DNA of 60,787 bases from Diadema antillarum (taxonomy: Eukaryota), in contig NW_027271795.1 in NCBI RefSeq assembly GCF_040938485.1, forward strand, positions 1,674,001 to 1,734,787. Reading direction: 5' to 3'. Under the pieces are notes generated by a model. That model was given only the letters and a program-made list of their open reading frames with translations. It did no database searches and was not told where the DNA came from. Position numbers and translations under genes: made by a program. This document shows, in pieces, positions 1 through 12,782 of the stretch; positions within the stretch are counted from its first letter, which is position 1; every line of letters starts with the position of its first letter.

Positions 1-17
1 AGAATTGGAAACTCCCC

Positions 18-64
18 CAAAACAAACAAACAAACAAACAAACAAACAAGCAACAACAGCAACA
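18..64. repeat. (AAAC)n/(AAC)n microsatellite
   Basis: caaaacaaacaaacaaacaaacaaacaaacaagcaacaacagcaacaac. Confidence 0.9.
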
Positions 65-397
65 ACACTTGACATATTGCACTTCAAGTTTCTTTATTCA
101 CAAAAGGAAAGTCGATATGAAAAACAAATACATACATCAACATTAGAATACAATTACAAACATATCAATTAAGCAGTGTAAAAAGGAATGATACGGTAGG
201 CAGCAGCCAGAAAGAGAATGTCCCTTATATTCGGCTGACCTAAAAATATTCATTAAATTTCTGTTACGAATGTGTTCGAAGCAAGCAAAACATAAGAACA
301 GGACAAGACAAAGACAAAACAATCAAAACATACAATGGCAAATAACAGAATACATGATGTCTCATAACATAAGGGATAAGAAATGATACTCTTGACT

Positions 398-1170
398 TCA
401 ATGAGTTTGGGTGTAATTATTGAATGTTTTTATATAACCAGATTTGAATATATTCGAATATTTGAACATATTGCACAGGGGAGAGAATTCTACAGAGTAG
501 GACCACTGTAAAATGATAGATCGTTGATAAGAAAAAGTACGAGATAAAGGTAGGTGAAAATCACTCGCGGATCGCGCATTATGAATTTGATTATTGTATG
601 TGAAGAAATCTAAGAGACTATTTGGTAATAAAAGATTCTTACATAAAAACATAAACATTCCCACTTGATATTTATACATATCATTCAATCGCAATATTTT
701 CAGGGATGAAAAAAAGTGGTGGGGTACGGGTAAGATAAGAGGCACGTTGTTGAAGTGTACTTAATGTCTAAATATGATATTCATGAGCATTACCCCAAAC
801 AGTTATTCCATAATACAAATAAGGTAAATTTATAGCATTATGAATTAATTTCAAACCAGACTTCGGGAGAAAACCAAGCTTTTACAATTACACCAATATT
901 TTTTGATGATTTATTACAAAAAAAAATATGATTTGACCAATTCAATTTATTGTCTACAAAAACTTCCAGAAATTTCAGTGAAATATTCTGCGTGATTTGA
1001 GAACCACACATGTTGATAGACACAGTGTCAATGCTACATTTTTTCTTTGTAAATATCATAAAATTAGTTTTTGATATATTAATCAATAATTCATTCATTC
1101 GTAGCCAACTCAGTTGTGACATATTGCAATTCCTTATTAAAAACCTCTTGTAAAGAATCAATATCATCAT
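398..1170 (-). mobile_element. Degenerate CR1/L2-clade LINE, 3' part of RT ORF
   Basis: Broken ORFs give WLRMNELLINISKTNFMIF, LKFLEVFVDNKLNWSNHI and FFTYNNQIHN-ARS-FHLP. These parallel the C-terminal part of the intact LINE ORF at 55673-57721 (NKVTINLKKTNYTII, IDSHLTWKSHI, IHHSYSTR). Confidence 0.8.
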
Positions 1171-1649
1171 GAGACAAAAATATGCTTATGTCATGGGCAA
1201 ATAAAGTGCATTGTTAAATATTAGAAACATTTGGTAAATCGTTTGTATACAAAAGAAATTACAATAGGCCCGAAAAGCGTTTTCTCTTCTTTTTTTCTTT
1301 ATAAAAGGGATATCATTTGTAATAAGAGGATAGGTACATAGGTTCATTGGTAGATTATGTAGATTGATTACAAGAGAAATAATATGAACGGAAAGTAAAA
1401 CATACTCGTGTGCTCGTGTGTCTTGCGGAGTATAATGTGCGCGAGACAATAAGTGTTAAAGAAACACGGAATGATTTGAAAAAAGGCAATCTCTCACTTG
1501 CTAAGAATGATAGTCAATTACAAGTGTTGTTGTGCGCAGTGCCCTTCTTGCGATGTGGACGTATTAAATGTTCCCACCACATTGTAAGCTGAAACATCAT
1601 GTTCGGCGTCTATTGCAACTAATCTATTTGCAACTTGAAATAAGTTAAG

Positions 1650-2480
1650 GCGATTGTTATGCCTCCACTCTTTCGCACTTTTCTCACAAGAGGTCTTCAG
1701 AATATCTTGGCAACGTGAGACAATGGTTTCAGGATTAGCAAATGATAACTATCTGCATGTATTCACCAATTTTCATGAAAATATTTTGAACAATTTTTCG
1801 AAATATAGACAAAGGCAGTGAACTTGCAGCATTTTCTCTTAACGTTTGATCACATGGCTCAAATGTTTCCTTACATAATCATTATTCAGAATATGCAAGT
1901 TTAATAGTGTACACATTGAATAATTTCTAAGGTACACCTCTGTACGGAGAAAATAGTGTTACTTTACCTTACATGCCTTACGAAGTATATTTTTCGCATT
2001 TTCACCTAACCTTTATTGACCATTGACCTTATGACCCAATACATCCCATGAGAATCATTGTCTGGAAGCTCATGTATATGTATGAAGTTTTATCTGGAGC
2101 AATTTCTGAAATGAGGAAAAAATATGAAATCTTAGCATTTTCACTTGACATTATGTCTTTGACCTCATGGTCTCAAACTTTATCCACAGAATATTTTACA
2201 TAGCAATACATTCATACACCAAAGTTTAATGAAAATATTTTCCGGTGTCGTACGTAGAGATATTGGGGAAAATATGAAATTGCACTATTTGATCTTGACT
2301 TACATGACCTTTGACCTTCAGCGTGTGCGCTCAAAAAGTTCAAAGGCCCAGCTTCGTGTCAAGTTTCATGTCGATACCTTTATAGCTCAAATCGATTATG
2401 GACGGATCGACAGAAGGACGGATGGACGGACAACCCGAAAACATAATGCCTCCTGCGATACTTCTTGGCGGAGACATGAA
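1650..2480 (+). mobile_element. Helentron/DINE-like non-autonomous element (degenerate)
   Basis: tgacct(t)tgacc core repeats, a gacgga microsatellite at 2400-2431, then aaaacataat and an 8-bp hairpin atgcctcc (2446-2453) / ggagacat (2470-2477). The family assignment rests on resemblance only. Confidence 0.45.
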
Positions 2481-2509
2481 CAAAAAAAAAAAGAAGAAAA
2501 AGCAAAGAC

Positions 2510-2900
2510 ATGAGAGAATCGCCAAACTATGCAAACTCACGTAAGTGGGGAGAAATGTGGAGGTTCTTGGAAGGGCAACCATGCCACAAAACTGCATTCT
2601 TTTGCCCTTTCTGTGTCAGGGATTTGGGACAGTGTTTACAACGCCGTGAACCGCTGTTTTCTATACCAATCGACACTCAGAGCACAAAAAGCTAAAAGAA
2701 AAATTGTGTATAAGAATCATGATCCCAGTCGCTAAACACGCAAAAGAAAAGTCACAATGTCGGGTTCCTTTTGTCACATTCCCAGGGCGAACCTATATTG
2801 TTAATATTTCATCAAAATCCTCTCGTAATATTCGAGCGATACTGCTATAAACAAACATGCAAGCCAATAAACACGACCCCAAGGAGGTGGCAAAATAAAA
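2510..2900 (+). mobile_element. Second, more decayed Helentron/DINE-like element
   Basis: Ends tttcatcaaaatcc...aaacaaac...ccaaggaggtggcaaaataaa, the same 3' architecture as the preceding element. Confidence 0.3.
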
Positions 2901-3229
2901 GGACGGAATCGTGAATAGAAGCCTTCTTTATTTCCGCTGTGTTGGTATTATTGATCGTTGGTGTCCTATTCGTTAATCACCGAAGGATGAAATTTGCGTA
3001 CATTTGAGAAGATTGACCACCGGGAAAGAAACCCAAATATATTATTCAAAGTAAACCGTGTCGTTGCAACTTTGCCTGTAATCATTGTTAGATTCGTCCG
3101 TGGGTCAGAGGATAATGGTGAAGACGTGTCAAAGAAATAAGACCCGAGACAGAGTATGTCAAATACAATCTCGTCCTGTGTTTGGAGTTGTCCCATTGCA
3201 TTCATGGGGGAAGGTAAATGCATGGGTAG

Positions 3230-3520
3230 TGTGATTTAGCCTGTTACGTAATGACAAACGACTTTCCTTTGTTGTAATGTCTGCGGGGAATAAGGATTCA
3301 CTCATGCCGTAAGTATTCTCTGGTCTCATTCCACGGGGTATTATACCAACCTGGCCAATGACAAAGACCCTCCGCACAACTGCGCATTTGTGCCCGTGTC
3401 GTTTATAGGGCGCTCTTGTCTTATTTTTAGCACGATCATGCGTAGTATTTCTTCTGGGTGTTCCTTCAAGAGTTAAAAAGCCCCATGATACGGACATTTT
3501 TCCTTTTCAAATTCTTTCTT
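3230..3520 (-). mobile_element. Possible decayed LINE ORF1 (RRM-type) fragment
   Basis: The minus strand reads KNLKRKNVRIMGL, resembling the RRNN[LV]RI.G motif of L1/CR1 ORF1. Frameshifts and stops follow. Confidence 0.25.
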
Positions 3521-4034
3521 GTTTCCTTCAAGACTTTGCACAGGTGAACGCTGATATGTAAGGACATAATACCGGCATTTTTCGTGACAAATTTTTAGTG
3601 CTAGTCGGAGCGGACGGAGGTACGAAGAGAGGAGCGTTATCCAGGGCATTCTTTTATAAGTCGTCCCTTTCTAGGAGCAAGGTTACAAGACTGCCACACA
3701 GACAACTATGCTCTGCTCTTAGAGCCGCAGCGACTGCAGCTCTGCAAGAAGTCCACATTTCATGTTATCGGCGTGATCTATCTGGTAAGTGACTGAAAAG
3801 ATTCAACATGATCCACATGAATGTATCCCGCGTCTTCATCTTCATGTTTAAGTGGCGATGATAAAAGTGGCTTCTTATACCATGTGGGAATGTGCACTGG
3901 GAAGACGTGTTACGGCGAGTAGGCGAGTGAGGAGAACGAGCATACGCTTCGAAGATGATGATATATGATATATTTAGAGAGAGAAAAAGAGACTGTCAAA
4001 TAATGATATCGACCACCACCAGAGAAATCATGTT

Positions 4035-4036
<2 letters not shown>

Positions 4037-4069
<33 letters not shown>
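4037..4069. repeat. (TA)n microsatellite
   Basis: Direct reading of the sequence. Confidence 0.95.
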
Positions 4070-4072
<3 letters not shown>

Positions 4073-4499
4073 CATGCATATATGGATATATATGGATATA
4101 AACACGCTAATACAATGTATACATGTATATATGTGTATGTAGGTGTGTGTAGGTGTGTGTTACACACATTGATCTTTTCTGTGGTACATGTATTTCTATT
4201 ACATATATACAAGTGTATTATGATTGAACTACAAAGCGTAGGTATAGTTGCTGAATAGATTGTTTTACGAGAATCTTGAATCTTGAAGATAATAATCCGA
4301 TAGCAGCTTGTCCATGAAGCCAAACTGGGATGGGTGTGAGCCAGTATAGGTGACAGTGTTAGAAGTATAGAGTATAGGCCACAGTGAAAAAGTTGTATGT
4401 ATACATTTAAAAAAAATGAATGCGCAAGCAAAATCCACTTCTGGGTTTAGAGCAGCCTGGGGCACACAAGAGGGTGCATCCCTTGATGACAGGAAGGGT

Positions 4500-4790
4500 G
4501 GCCTCCTGGAAAGCAGCAACTGATGATGGTGCTGTGACTGCAAAGAGAGGTACATTAGTAGGGGTTCCAGGTCCTGATTGTGCGGGGGTAGAAAGAATAG
4601 TAATTTCTTAGCGTCAATGGGTGCGGCAGGAAATTCGTACTTTAGTAGGTGATCGTCTCTGCTGAAATATTTAACTGGAGTTATATACACTGGAAGTGGG
4701 ATATTGACGTGATGGTGGTGAATCTTGAAGAACATGGTGCATCGTGCTAGAAGTCTGCGAGTGTGTAAAGTGTAAAGAAAAACTTCATGT
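4500..4790 (-). mobile_element. 3' end fragment of a CR1-superfamily LINE
   Basis: RCTMFFKIHHHHVNIPLP...SRDDHLLKY, then after a frameshift YPRTIRTWNPL (4561-4590). This matches the typical RT C-terminal FFPRTIRDWNxLP motif. Confidence 0.75.
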
Positions 4791-6520
4791 CACGAGATTT
4801 TAGCGGGGTACATATGGAACTCTTGCCTATCACAGCATTCGTTCCGATATCATAATCATTCATACCGGTGAAATAAAGTCTCACATTTTGCAAACACCCA
4901 TGGGTTTATGTATAGTGTATCTATATACAATGCACTGTATATATTTACGTATAATATATACACATACTACATTGTATATATCTACGTATACATGCGTATA
5001 TATAATTGTATATACATACACTCAGCAAAGAAAAAAAAGAGAAAGTGAACACTTTTTAACTCTCATATTTCGCATAGAGTCTTTGGCTAGAAATTAAAGT
5101 ATAACAAATACCATTCTAAAGGTAATTCAATTGACTATCAGCCTGGTGGGTCAATAAAAAGGGAAACTTTACACATTGGTAAACACATTCGTTTTTCTCT
5201 TCCGAGGCACAAAGGACAAGATTGCAATAACGAACAAGTTGACATTCATGAGTAAGTGCTCTACAACATATGAATGAGAACAAAAGACAAATTTAGCACT
5301 ATAAGAAATACTTATTATTTTGAAAATAAACCTGTGATCTCTATACATAACGTTTTTGTAGACATGATGATAACGAAAGACTAACAAAAATGGAGTAAAA
5401 TCATTAATCTTCTGTCAAATCCCAATTCAAATGGCATTAGAGAGGAAGTGATACTTACAAAAATGTTAGAAATTTGACATTTTATTACATGTATGTAATA
5501 GGAACTATAAAAAAATATTTGGCTCTTGATTATTGTCTCATGAATTCCTAAATTTGTGAATTAAAAGAATGAGATAATGAATTTTTTCATATCAATCACC
5601 TTTGTGGCCAAACTCCCTACAATTTTGTATATCCTTTGAAGTTGATGTTGACAGAAAGTTCTTATGCCCCCTCTGGTTTCCCACTTTGGTCTTCTAGTTT
5701 TAGTTTGAGGCTATGAAAAGGTACAAGAGAACAAAAACATATTTTTGCTATTTCATTCATGTCTCTCATTGTTTTAAATTGGTCTTTTGTCATTGTTTCT
5801 TGAAGGACATTTGTACATGAATAACAACATGTCAATATTTGCAACTTTCGCTTTTTACTTTGGAGGACAAAAATGAATGTGCTCAATCATGCATACCTTT
5901 CCCCTTTGTATTGACCTCTGGGCTGATTTACAGTGTAGGTAATAAAGTAGCTTTAAAAGATATATACATGTAATATATTGATTTTTATCAAAATCTTCTA
6001 CAGTGTATGAAAAATATTAACTGCAAGAAGTGGTAACCTTTTTTTTTTTTTTTGCCGAGTGTATAATTGTACATGTAGTTGTGTAAACACGAAACATGAT
6101 CATTAAGTTGTATTTGATGGAAATTGAATGTCCGAAATTAATAAGTAATGCTTCCCCCTCAACTCCTTCAATTTATTTTCTCAAATCCACTTATGATTTA
6201 CAGATTAAAGGTTGTCAAGTGTGTTTGCTGTGTCGTCACAATCATGACTGTTTATTCTATCTTTAAAAATAATGCCAAGTTAAATCCACAGTGCCTTGAC
6301 AGGAGATGAAAACGCGATGGATTTTTGGCGAAATAATGATTAATGAGGAAAGTAGCGTGATATTCGAAATACATTATTTCAGCTAGGAAAAGCTTTAACT
6401 TATTCATGCGGTTGCAGTAGAATTTCCAATACAATTTCTGAGAAGAAAACAAATGAAACAGACGCATCAAAGCTTACAACTTGTATGCCAACTTCTCTTT
6501 ATTTTTCAGGTCCTTGCAAG

Positions 6521-7996
6521 ATGTCGATGATAGCTCGATCCAATCTCGTGCGCATATCATGGCTCTTCCTTCTCGTACCCCTTGCCATCTATGGGCTACT
6601 CTACCTCCACTGCAGTTCGAACGCCGAATACTCCCGCGAGCTCCATCGACGTCGACTCGTCCTTTGGAGTATAACCAATCGCGAGTTGTCGGCCAATAAG
6701 ACGATACGGACGTTTGCCCGGCTCGGGCTCCTGCCCGACAGCGCTGTCGTGGGCAGACTCAACGACACCTTGATGTTGCTGATGGACGCGGACAACGATA
6801 TCGTGAACGTTCCCATCAGCACAATGGCCAGCGGTCTGGATGATAGGGCTTTGATAAACCTTTCGCGTGGAAATGATAACCATGAGGCGACGAACCTCCG
6901 TGAAATGGGAAAAGGACGTTTGAGGGAAGATAATGTGCCCGAGACAAAGATGGAGAATGAAATCATTAAAAAGATCAAGTCTGATGATGGCGACCTGATG
7001 AACGATGATGACGAGGAAAGCGAGGCAGAGGATGACGAGGCTGTCCAGAAGGAAAACGAGAATGCGGCAAACCAGCGAGCAGTTCCGGAAATTAAAGTGA
7101 AACGGTACGTCGACGAGCGCGTCGACGAACACAACTACCGTTATGTTCATCTACCTAAGCATCGCTGCACTCTGTCCACTGGGAAAGTCAAGCCCGTCTT
7201 CGTCATATTCATGGTGGTCACCGCGCCAGGGAATTTCAAGCGTCGGTTGGTGGTTCGTGAAACCTACGGCAATGAAAAGGAATGGCCCGCCATCAAACGC
7301 GGTTCGTTCACCTCGGTCTTCCTGCTCGGAACTCCGAAAAACGCTACTCTCCAAAAGCTGATCGACGAAGAGGCCGCAAAATATGGAGACATTGTGCAGG
7401 AGGACTTCGTCGACAGCTACGCGAATCTGACTCTGAAGACGGTGATGGGGTTGAAATGGATGACGCTTCATTGTCGACACGCCAGTTTCATGATGAAGAT
7501 CGACGACGACTCAATGCTGAATCAGGGTCGGTTCCTCTGGATCTTTAAGAACTCCACCATTTCCAACTGGACGGCTGCAGAGGCCCTGATAGGAGCAAAG
7601 GTCTTCCGAAATACTTCCAGCAAGTATTACATATCTGAAGAATACTACCCATCTCCTACTTATCCGCCTTACCTCAACGGGCCTGGCTACATCATGTCAA
7701 CGGATCTGGGAGCAGCGGCTTACAAGGCGGCCCTCACCACACCCCTGTTTCCCTGGGAGGACGTCTTTCTCGGCACCTGTCTCAAGAAGCTCAATGTAGA
7801 TCCCGTCGTTCACAGACATTTCCTCTGGATATCGGACGAAACCCTACTGTCCATCAAAAGCGAAAAGTCTCTAGTAAGAAGACTGCGGGCCTATGTGGTC
7901 GTATCAAATCTCTATCCGGAATATATGCGAATAATGTGGACTACCTGTAAAATCAAGATATACGAGCATAGATCGCGCATTCCGCGACATCATTAA
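6521..7996 (+). CDS. Beta-1,3-galactosyltransferase-like (GT31) type II membrane protein, paralog 1, 491 aa, single coding exon
   Basis: N-terminal TM (ISWLFLLVPLAIYGLLYL) and GT31 motifs RRLVVRETYG, YGDIVQEDFVDSYANLTLKT, KIDDD, YPPYLNGPGY and EDVFLG. Splice acceptor tttttcag at 6502-6509 lies 11 nt before the ATG at 6521. Confidence 0.93.
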   Translation: MSMIARSNLVRISWLFLLVPLAIYGLLYLHCSSNAEYSRELHRRRLVLWSITNRELSANKTIRTFARLGLLPDSAVVGRLNDTLMLLMDADNDIVNVPISTMASGLDDRALINLSRGNDNHEATNLREMGKGRLREDNVPETKMENEIIKKIKSDDGDLMNDDDEESEAEDDEAVQKENENAANQRAVPEIKVKRYVDERVDEHNYRYVHLPKHRCTLSTGKVKPVFVIFMVVTAPGNFKRRLVVRETYGNEKEWPAIKRGSFTSVFLLGTPKNATLQKLIDEEAAKYGDIVQEDFVDSYANLTLKTVMGLKWMTLHCRHASFMMKIDDDSMLNQGRFLWIFKNSTISNWTAAEALIGAKVFRNTSSKYYISEEYYPSPTYPPYLNGPGYIMSTDLGAAAYKAALTTPLFPWEDVFLGTCLKKLNVDPVVHRHFLWISDETLLSIKSEKSLVRRLRAYVVVSNLYPEYMRIMWTTCKIKIYEHRSRIPRHH

Positions 7997-8329
7997 AACT
8001 GACTCATGGAATGAAGCTACAGTTATAGTTTGATTATCACGTTCAAGTGATTAACAAAAAAGATAATTAGTGAATTTAGCAAAGACAGTGTGTGCAATGA
8101 TGTTGTAAACTGTACGCGCTTGATCTATATTTGCATTTTTTGTTGAATTATGTACAAAGAGTTTGCAATTATGAGTATGAAAGCGAACTAAACAAGGAAT
8201 GATGATTTGTAATATCAACATTAGATGAAGGGGCACTTTCGGACCAATTGATTATCAATCTGGAAGGAAATGCATTATGTATTGATTCTTTTTACATTTT
8301 TTAGCACTAAGGTGAAATTGATTAAAATC

Positions 8330-8938
8330 GGAATGGAAATAAAAGTAGTTATGAAATGACGAAATTATTCTAATATCTTACCAAACAGTTCTTGAACAGT
8401 TGACACGAATATACAAATAATTAAGCTGATGATGTCATCATCTCACAATTTTTCACTGTTTGTGTACAAACAAGACTAACAAAATAATTGTTTTTTTCTG
8501 TCAAAAAAGTGTAAAACATGTTAATTTCCTCTGAATAACTTCAAAATCATGATCAGTCAAAATAATAATTAATCACTCATTCATTACGATTTGAAACTGG
8601 GACATAATGGCGTTTGAACAAGCAAGCAAACAAACAAACAAGCAAACAGAAAACCCGATGAAATCTTAAGATTTTGTGCACATGAAAACCACGTGGCACG
8701 CTATGAAGCGATGGTATCATCAACTCACTCATTTTCATATTCATTTTGACTGTTCAAGAACTGTTTTATAATATTTCGGAAAACTTCAAAATTTCATAAC
8801 TTTCCTAATTCTTATCATTTTTAAGAATAAAATACTGTCATTCTTATCAAATTTTACTTTTCCTTTTCAGAGTAACTTTACACTGTTCCGAAATTGTCTC
8901 TAAGAATACGTTTTGTTGTGAAACTTCTACCTTTAAGT
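8330..8938. mobile_element. Kolobok-like non-autonomous DNA element (degenerate)
   Basis: 18-bp perfect inverted repeat aaacagttcttgaacagt (8383-8400) / actgttcaagaactgttt (8749-8766). Ends ...acttctacctttaa. A related copy lies at about 40830-41398. Confidence 0.45.
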
Positions 8939-11900
8939 AGGATCTAAGAGAATGAGAGGAAATGTTTTCACTGAAAAAAAAAACACGAATGAAAATGCTA
9001 CTCAAAACGCCTTTCATCAATTCTGTTTCAATGCCTCAATCAAATTTAGCCTATCAATTTTGCGAGTGATATTGAGGTATGGAATAGATTTGCTTCAATA
9101 CGAAAAAAAAAAAACCTACTTGTTCTCTTTGGTTTCTGAAACATTTGCGTACTTGAGGTTAAAGGGCACCTTTTTAAAGTGCAGCATCGTCTGGTCCAGT
9201 GCATATCAGTGTACGTGCACAATGAACTGGTGCGTGCATGACTCATCATAATGTCTTGGTCTTAAATAGACATACATCGGATTACAAATTTGTCGATTCA
9301 AGAATAGGTTGAGAAAGAAAGAAATATCTTGAGCAACTCCCACTTACATACATAAAATATGGTACTCAGTGTGGCATCTATATCATACAATGACATGTAT
9401 TTTGTATAGGTTGTACCATGATTACGGGTTGACATCGTGTATGACAAAAGTCTAATTCTGCTCTTTCCTCGTGTATCTGTGTGTGCTTGCGTGTATGTGT
9501 GCAAATTATTAGCATCTGCGTGCTTGCGTAAGGCTCTTGTTATTAAGCTGAATCAACTTGTCACTGCACGCCTGGCAGTACAAGACACAGAAGACACACT
9601 ATTTGAACACCGAAGATTTGCTCTATTGTGACAACAGGCCAGTGGATGTAGGCTGTAACCAGGAGGGGGTTTCTTTTGTGTAACGCTCACAGCGCGGTAA
9701 TGAGAGAGGCTTGAGTGATTCTCAGTTTGCATGGAAGCCAGACAAAGGCCCTATTATGCTGCACAGGTTGTAAATGTTAAAAAGGCGCCGTAAGTGATTT
9801 CACCTTTCGCAGGATTTGTGATGACGTCACAATCACTGCCAGCGGTAGTTCATTACAACATTGTATGAATACTTTATCACCACGAGATAAATCCTTGATT
9901 GCATGTCTGAGGGATGGGTTTTTGTGTATTTTTAAATCTTTGTGTATATTCGTCCATCAGGTCGATGATGTAAGGAAGTTTTATATAGTTAATATCTTTC
10001 ATTTGGATATGCTTCGTGTTGATGGCGAACGAAAGCACGTGATTTACGAGTTACGTCTTCTGGAGCGGGGAATGATCTTATTAATGATGCACAAAGTAGA
10101 TTTCCCTATTTAGAATATTCCATAAGCAGACGTTATATACGAAATAGGTCTACATTGTTTGTGCTTATGTTGCTTGATTCATGGAAACAGGGAGGAGTTA
10201 TCTGACGATGATTTCGAGTCAGTCTGTAATGTTTTGAATTTTTGTCAGGGCAAATACTTCGAAATTCTATTAACGAGTCATAAGGTACGCTTTCCGATAG
10301 CAAGAAGGCAATTTTACGACATGTAATCTTTTTGTTTAATGAGCATAAACTCCTTCTTTGTATCCTCTCTCTTTTAAATGACAATCCCAGCTATAAGGTA
10401 AGAAGTCCCTTCTTTATGTCCATTGTTGTCCAAAGTGTGTTCGTAGATCCAGAATTACTATGGTTTTAACGTTCTGAAAAAAAAGTAAAATCAACTGCTG
10501 CGACAATGTAATGCTAATAAGTTTCTTTGTTTATTTTTAGATCCTCAAGCATATTAACAAAAATCATATGCAGTTTGGTACAAGATATTAAAATCAATTC
10601 AAAATAATGCTGTGGGATTCGATGAGAACTGTCTTCTGCCGCTCGCTAATTGTAAGAAGTTTTGAAAATGCTACATGTATTCATTGTCTAATAGGCTTCT
10701 TAATAAATTTCGAGGGAAATTGTATCTTAGGAACCTAAGTGCGTGATGAGCTTAAAAATAAAATAATGTTTTATCGGAGACACGCAAGTAATCAGTATTT
10801 CACTTAAATTGCGGGTTTATGGTGTGTAGTGATTATCATACATTGAGCAGTATAAGAGAAGTTAAGATATATATAGTTTCTCTAAAGGCAGTTCTTTTCG
10901 TGATGGTGAACTGTGAAAAAATCCTCCGTAAATATTTCGTATAGTGAATTCTTGTAGATAATTGTGTACTGGTAGAGATGAAATATATTACTGTGATGAT
11001 CAATAATTCAACTCAAGGCGTGAAATTGCACTTTACAAGAATGTTCGAACAAAAAAGAAGGGTAAGAAAGCGAAAAGAAACAGCTGTTTTGACTGTCAGC
11101 TGTACGTGAAATATGAAATTGATGAGAAAGTCGTATTACTCTGATATCCTTGACTTCAGTATAATGACTGATGTGATACATTCTATAAAACTTAGTTGGC
11201 ATGCTCGTGTAAAAAAACAACAACACATCTTCATTTTCTTTAAATGACAAATTGGAATGTTCCTATACAGTGCACATGTGTGTGTGGTATTAGAGTGTGC
11301 AAAATATAGATTTTACTCTATGGCATATCTTGATCATCCTTATGACCATGATAACCTTGACGTAAGATGTTTCCATCCAGTCTATATGTATACAAGCAAT
11401 GGTATTGTTCGATAGGCGCTGGAGTCTTTCTCCATAACCTCTCCGTGTCTCTATGTAACAGTTGCAACAAGAATTAATTACGACACTTTTATTTACAGAC
11501 ATTTAATAATTGTTGTTGTTGTTGTTGTTGGCAGTTTGAGAACCCGGATTGACGCCATTTTACACATACTGGCATGCAAAAAAAAAAAAAGTTTTCATGT
11601 TTCCAATTTTAGTCATGCCGTTTTCAAATTTTACTCATACAACCTTTTAATGCGGACGCATGTATGTGTATCAATTTCTTTTACTTGTCTCATTTTCTAA
11701 AGTAATTATGTGAAAATATAGGATGTCGTGAATAATAGCGTAATTTCACGGTGATATGACATTCTGCAAGCTTGATCACCTTTCCAAATACACGACGATG
11801 CAATTGCCAGTACGAATAAACAACTTTGATAAGGTCTGAAATAGTCTACTGTTTCGCTTCATTGGCGTTTAATTGCGCCCATTTTTTTTGTACATAATAA

Positions 11901-12559
11901 TCACTTGTTCATGTTATGTCTTTTTTCAACTTCGCCATGAATCAGTAATGAAGTGCTAGTAAAGATGAGCTTTCGCCAGCAGGTATGGTACCGTTTCTGT
12001 CTCTCCGCGACAAAAATGGTAATCCTGAACAATCATTTATGTGGTGATTTTCAACGTATTTCATATGTTTTTACAGTCTTTATGGTGATCCTGTCAAACT
12101 TTTGGAATATTTTAGCATTACTTAATGATATAAAGAATGTTCAATTTTATTTTTCATGTTCTCGTTAGATATTTTCGTCGGATATCTCCGTTATATGGGT
12201 TTAATTAAAACAGTTATTTTATCAGAAGTATTTGATTGTGTGCTCTTTTCACGTTTATTACAGCGTAACATCTTCTCTTTCGCTCATAGATGTAGATTTG
12301 GCATTCATTCTTTTATCCACGCATTCAGGGTATGTTGTTCTTGTATTTGCTTTGTTTCTATACTGTATTATATAGCACAATATTAGTGCTATAGTACAAA
12401 TAAGAAATAAGCGGAAAGACCATTACGTACAGAAGGGTATCAACAAAAAGAGAATGTGATGTGTGTTGAATACATATCAACTAATGTATATCACTAATAC
12501 ATAGTAACAGCCTTTTGGGTTCTACTATTTAACTCCTTATAGATTAAACAACCGTGTTG

Positions 12560-12782
12560 GTGGCAGGTTTTGTACATGGTGCCTATTTGCGGCAGGGGCC
12601 CTTTCATTCATTGCTGAAAGCGCCCAATCCCGTGTAACTTCCCACATAACACTTGCGAATAACTCCTGCTTGTGTTCTAAAGTGGGAATACATAATTTTT
12701 GTAAGCACGCAAAATGTTTATTAGCTGTTTTATTAATGAATGAAACTGCCCTGCCACAAATAGGCACCCTGCCACATACAGG
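12560..12782. mobile_element. MITE with 20-bp inverted repeats
   Basis: ggtgcctatttgcggcaggg (12578-12597) vs ccctgccacaaataggcacc (12749-12768), 19/20 match. Confidence 0.65.

Noticed and set aside
3159-3497. Minus-strand ORF with VFVI...NTYG, faintly like the GT31 motif I
   Set aside because: No DxD, YPPY or EDV motifs nearby, so it is not supported as a third paralog.
6596-7548. Several long antisense or alternative-frame ORFs over GT31 paralog 1 (also over paralog 2, the GPCR and NUDT12)
   Set aside because: These are shadow ORFs of GC-richer coding sequence with no recognisable motifs.
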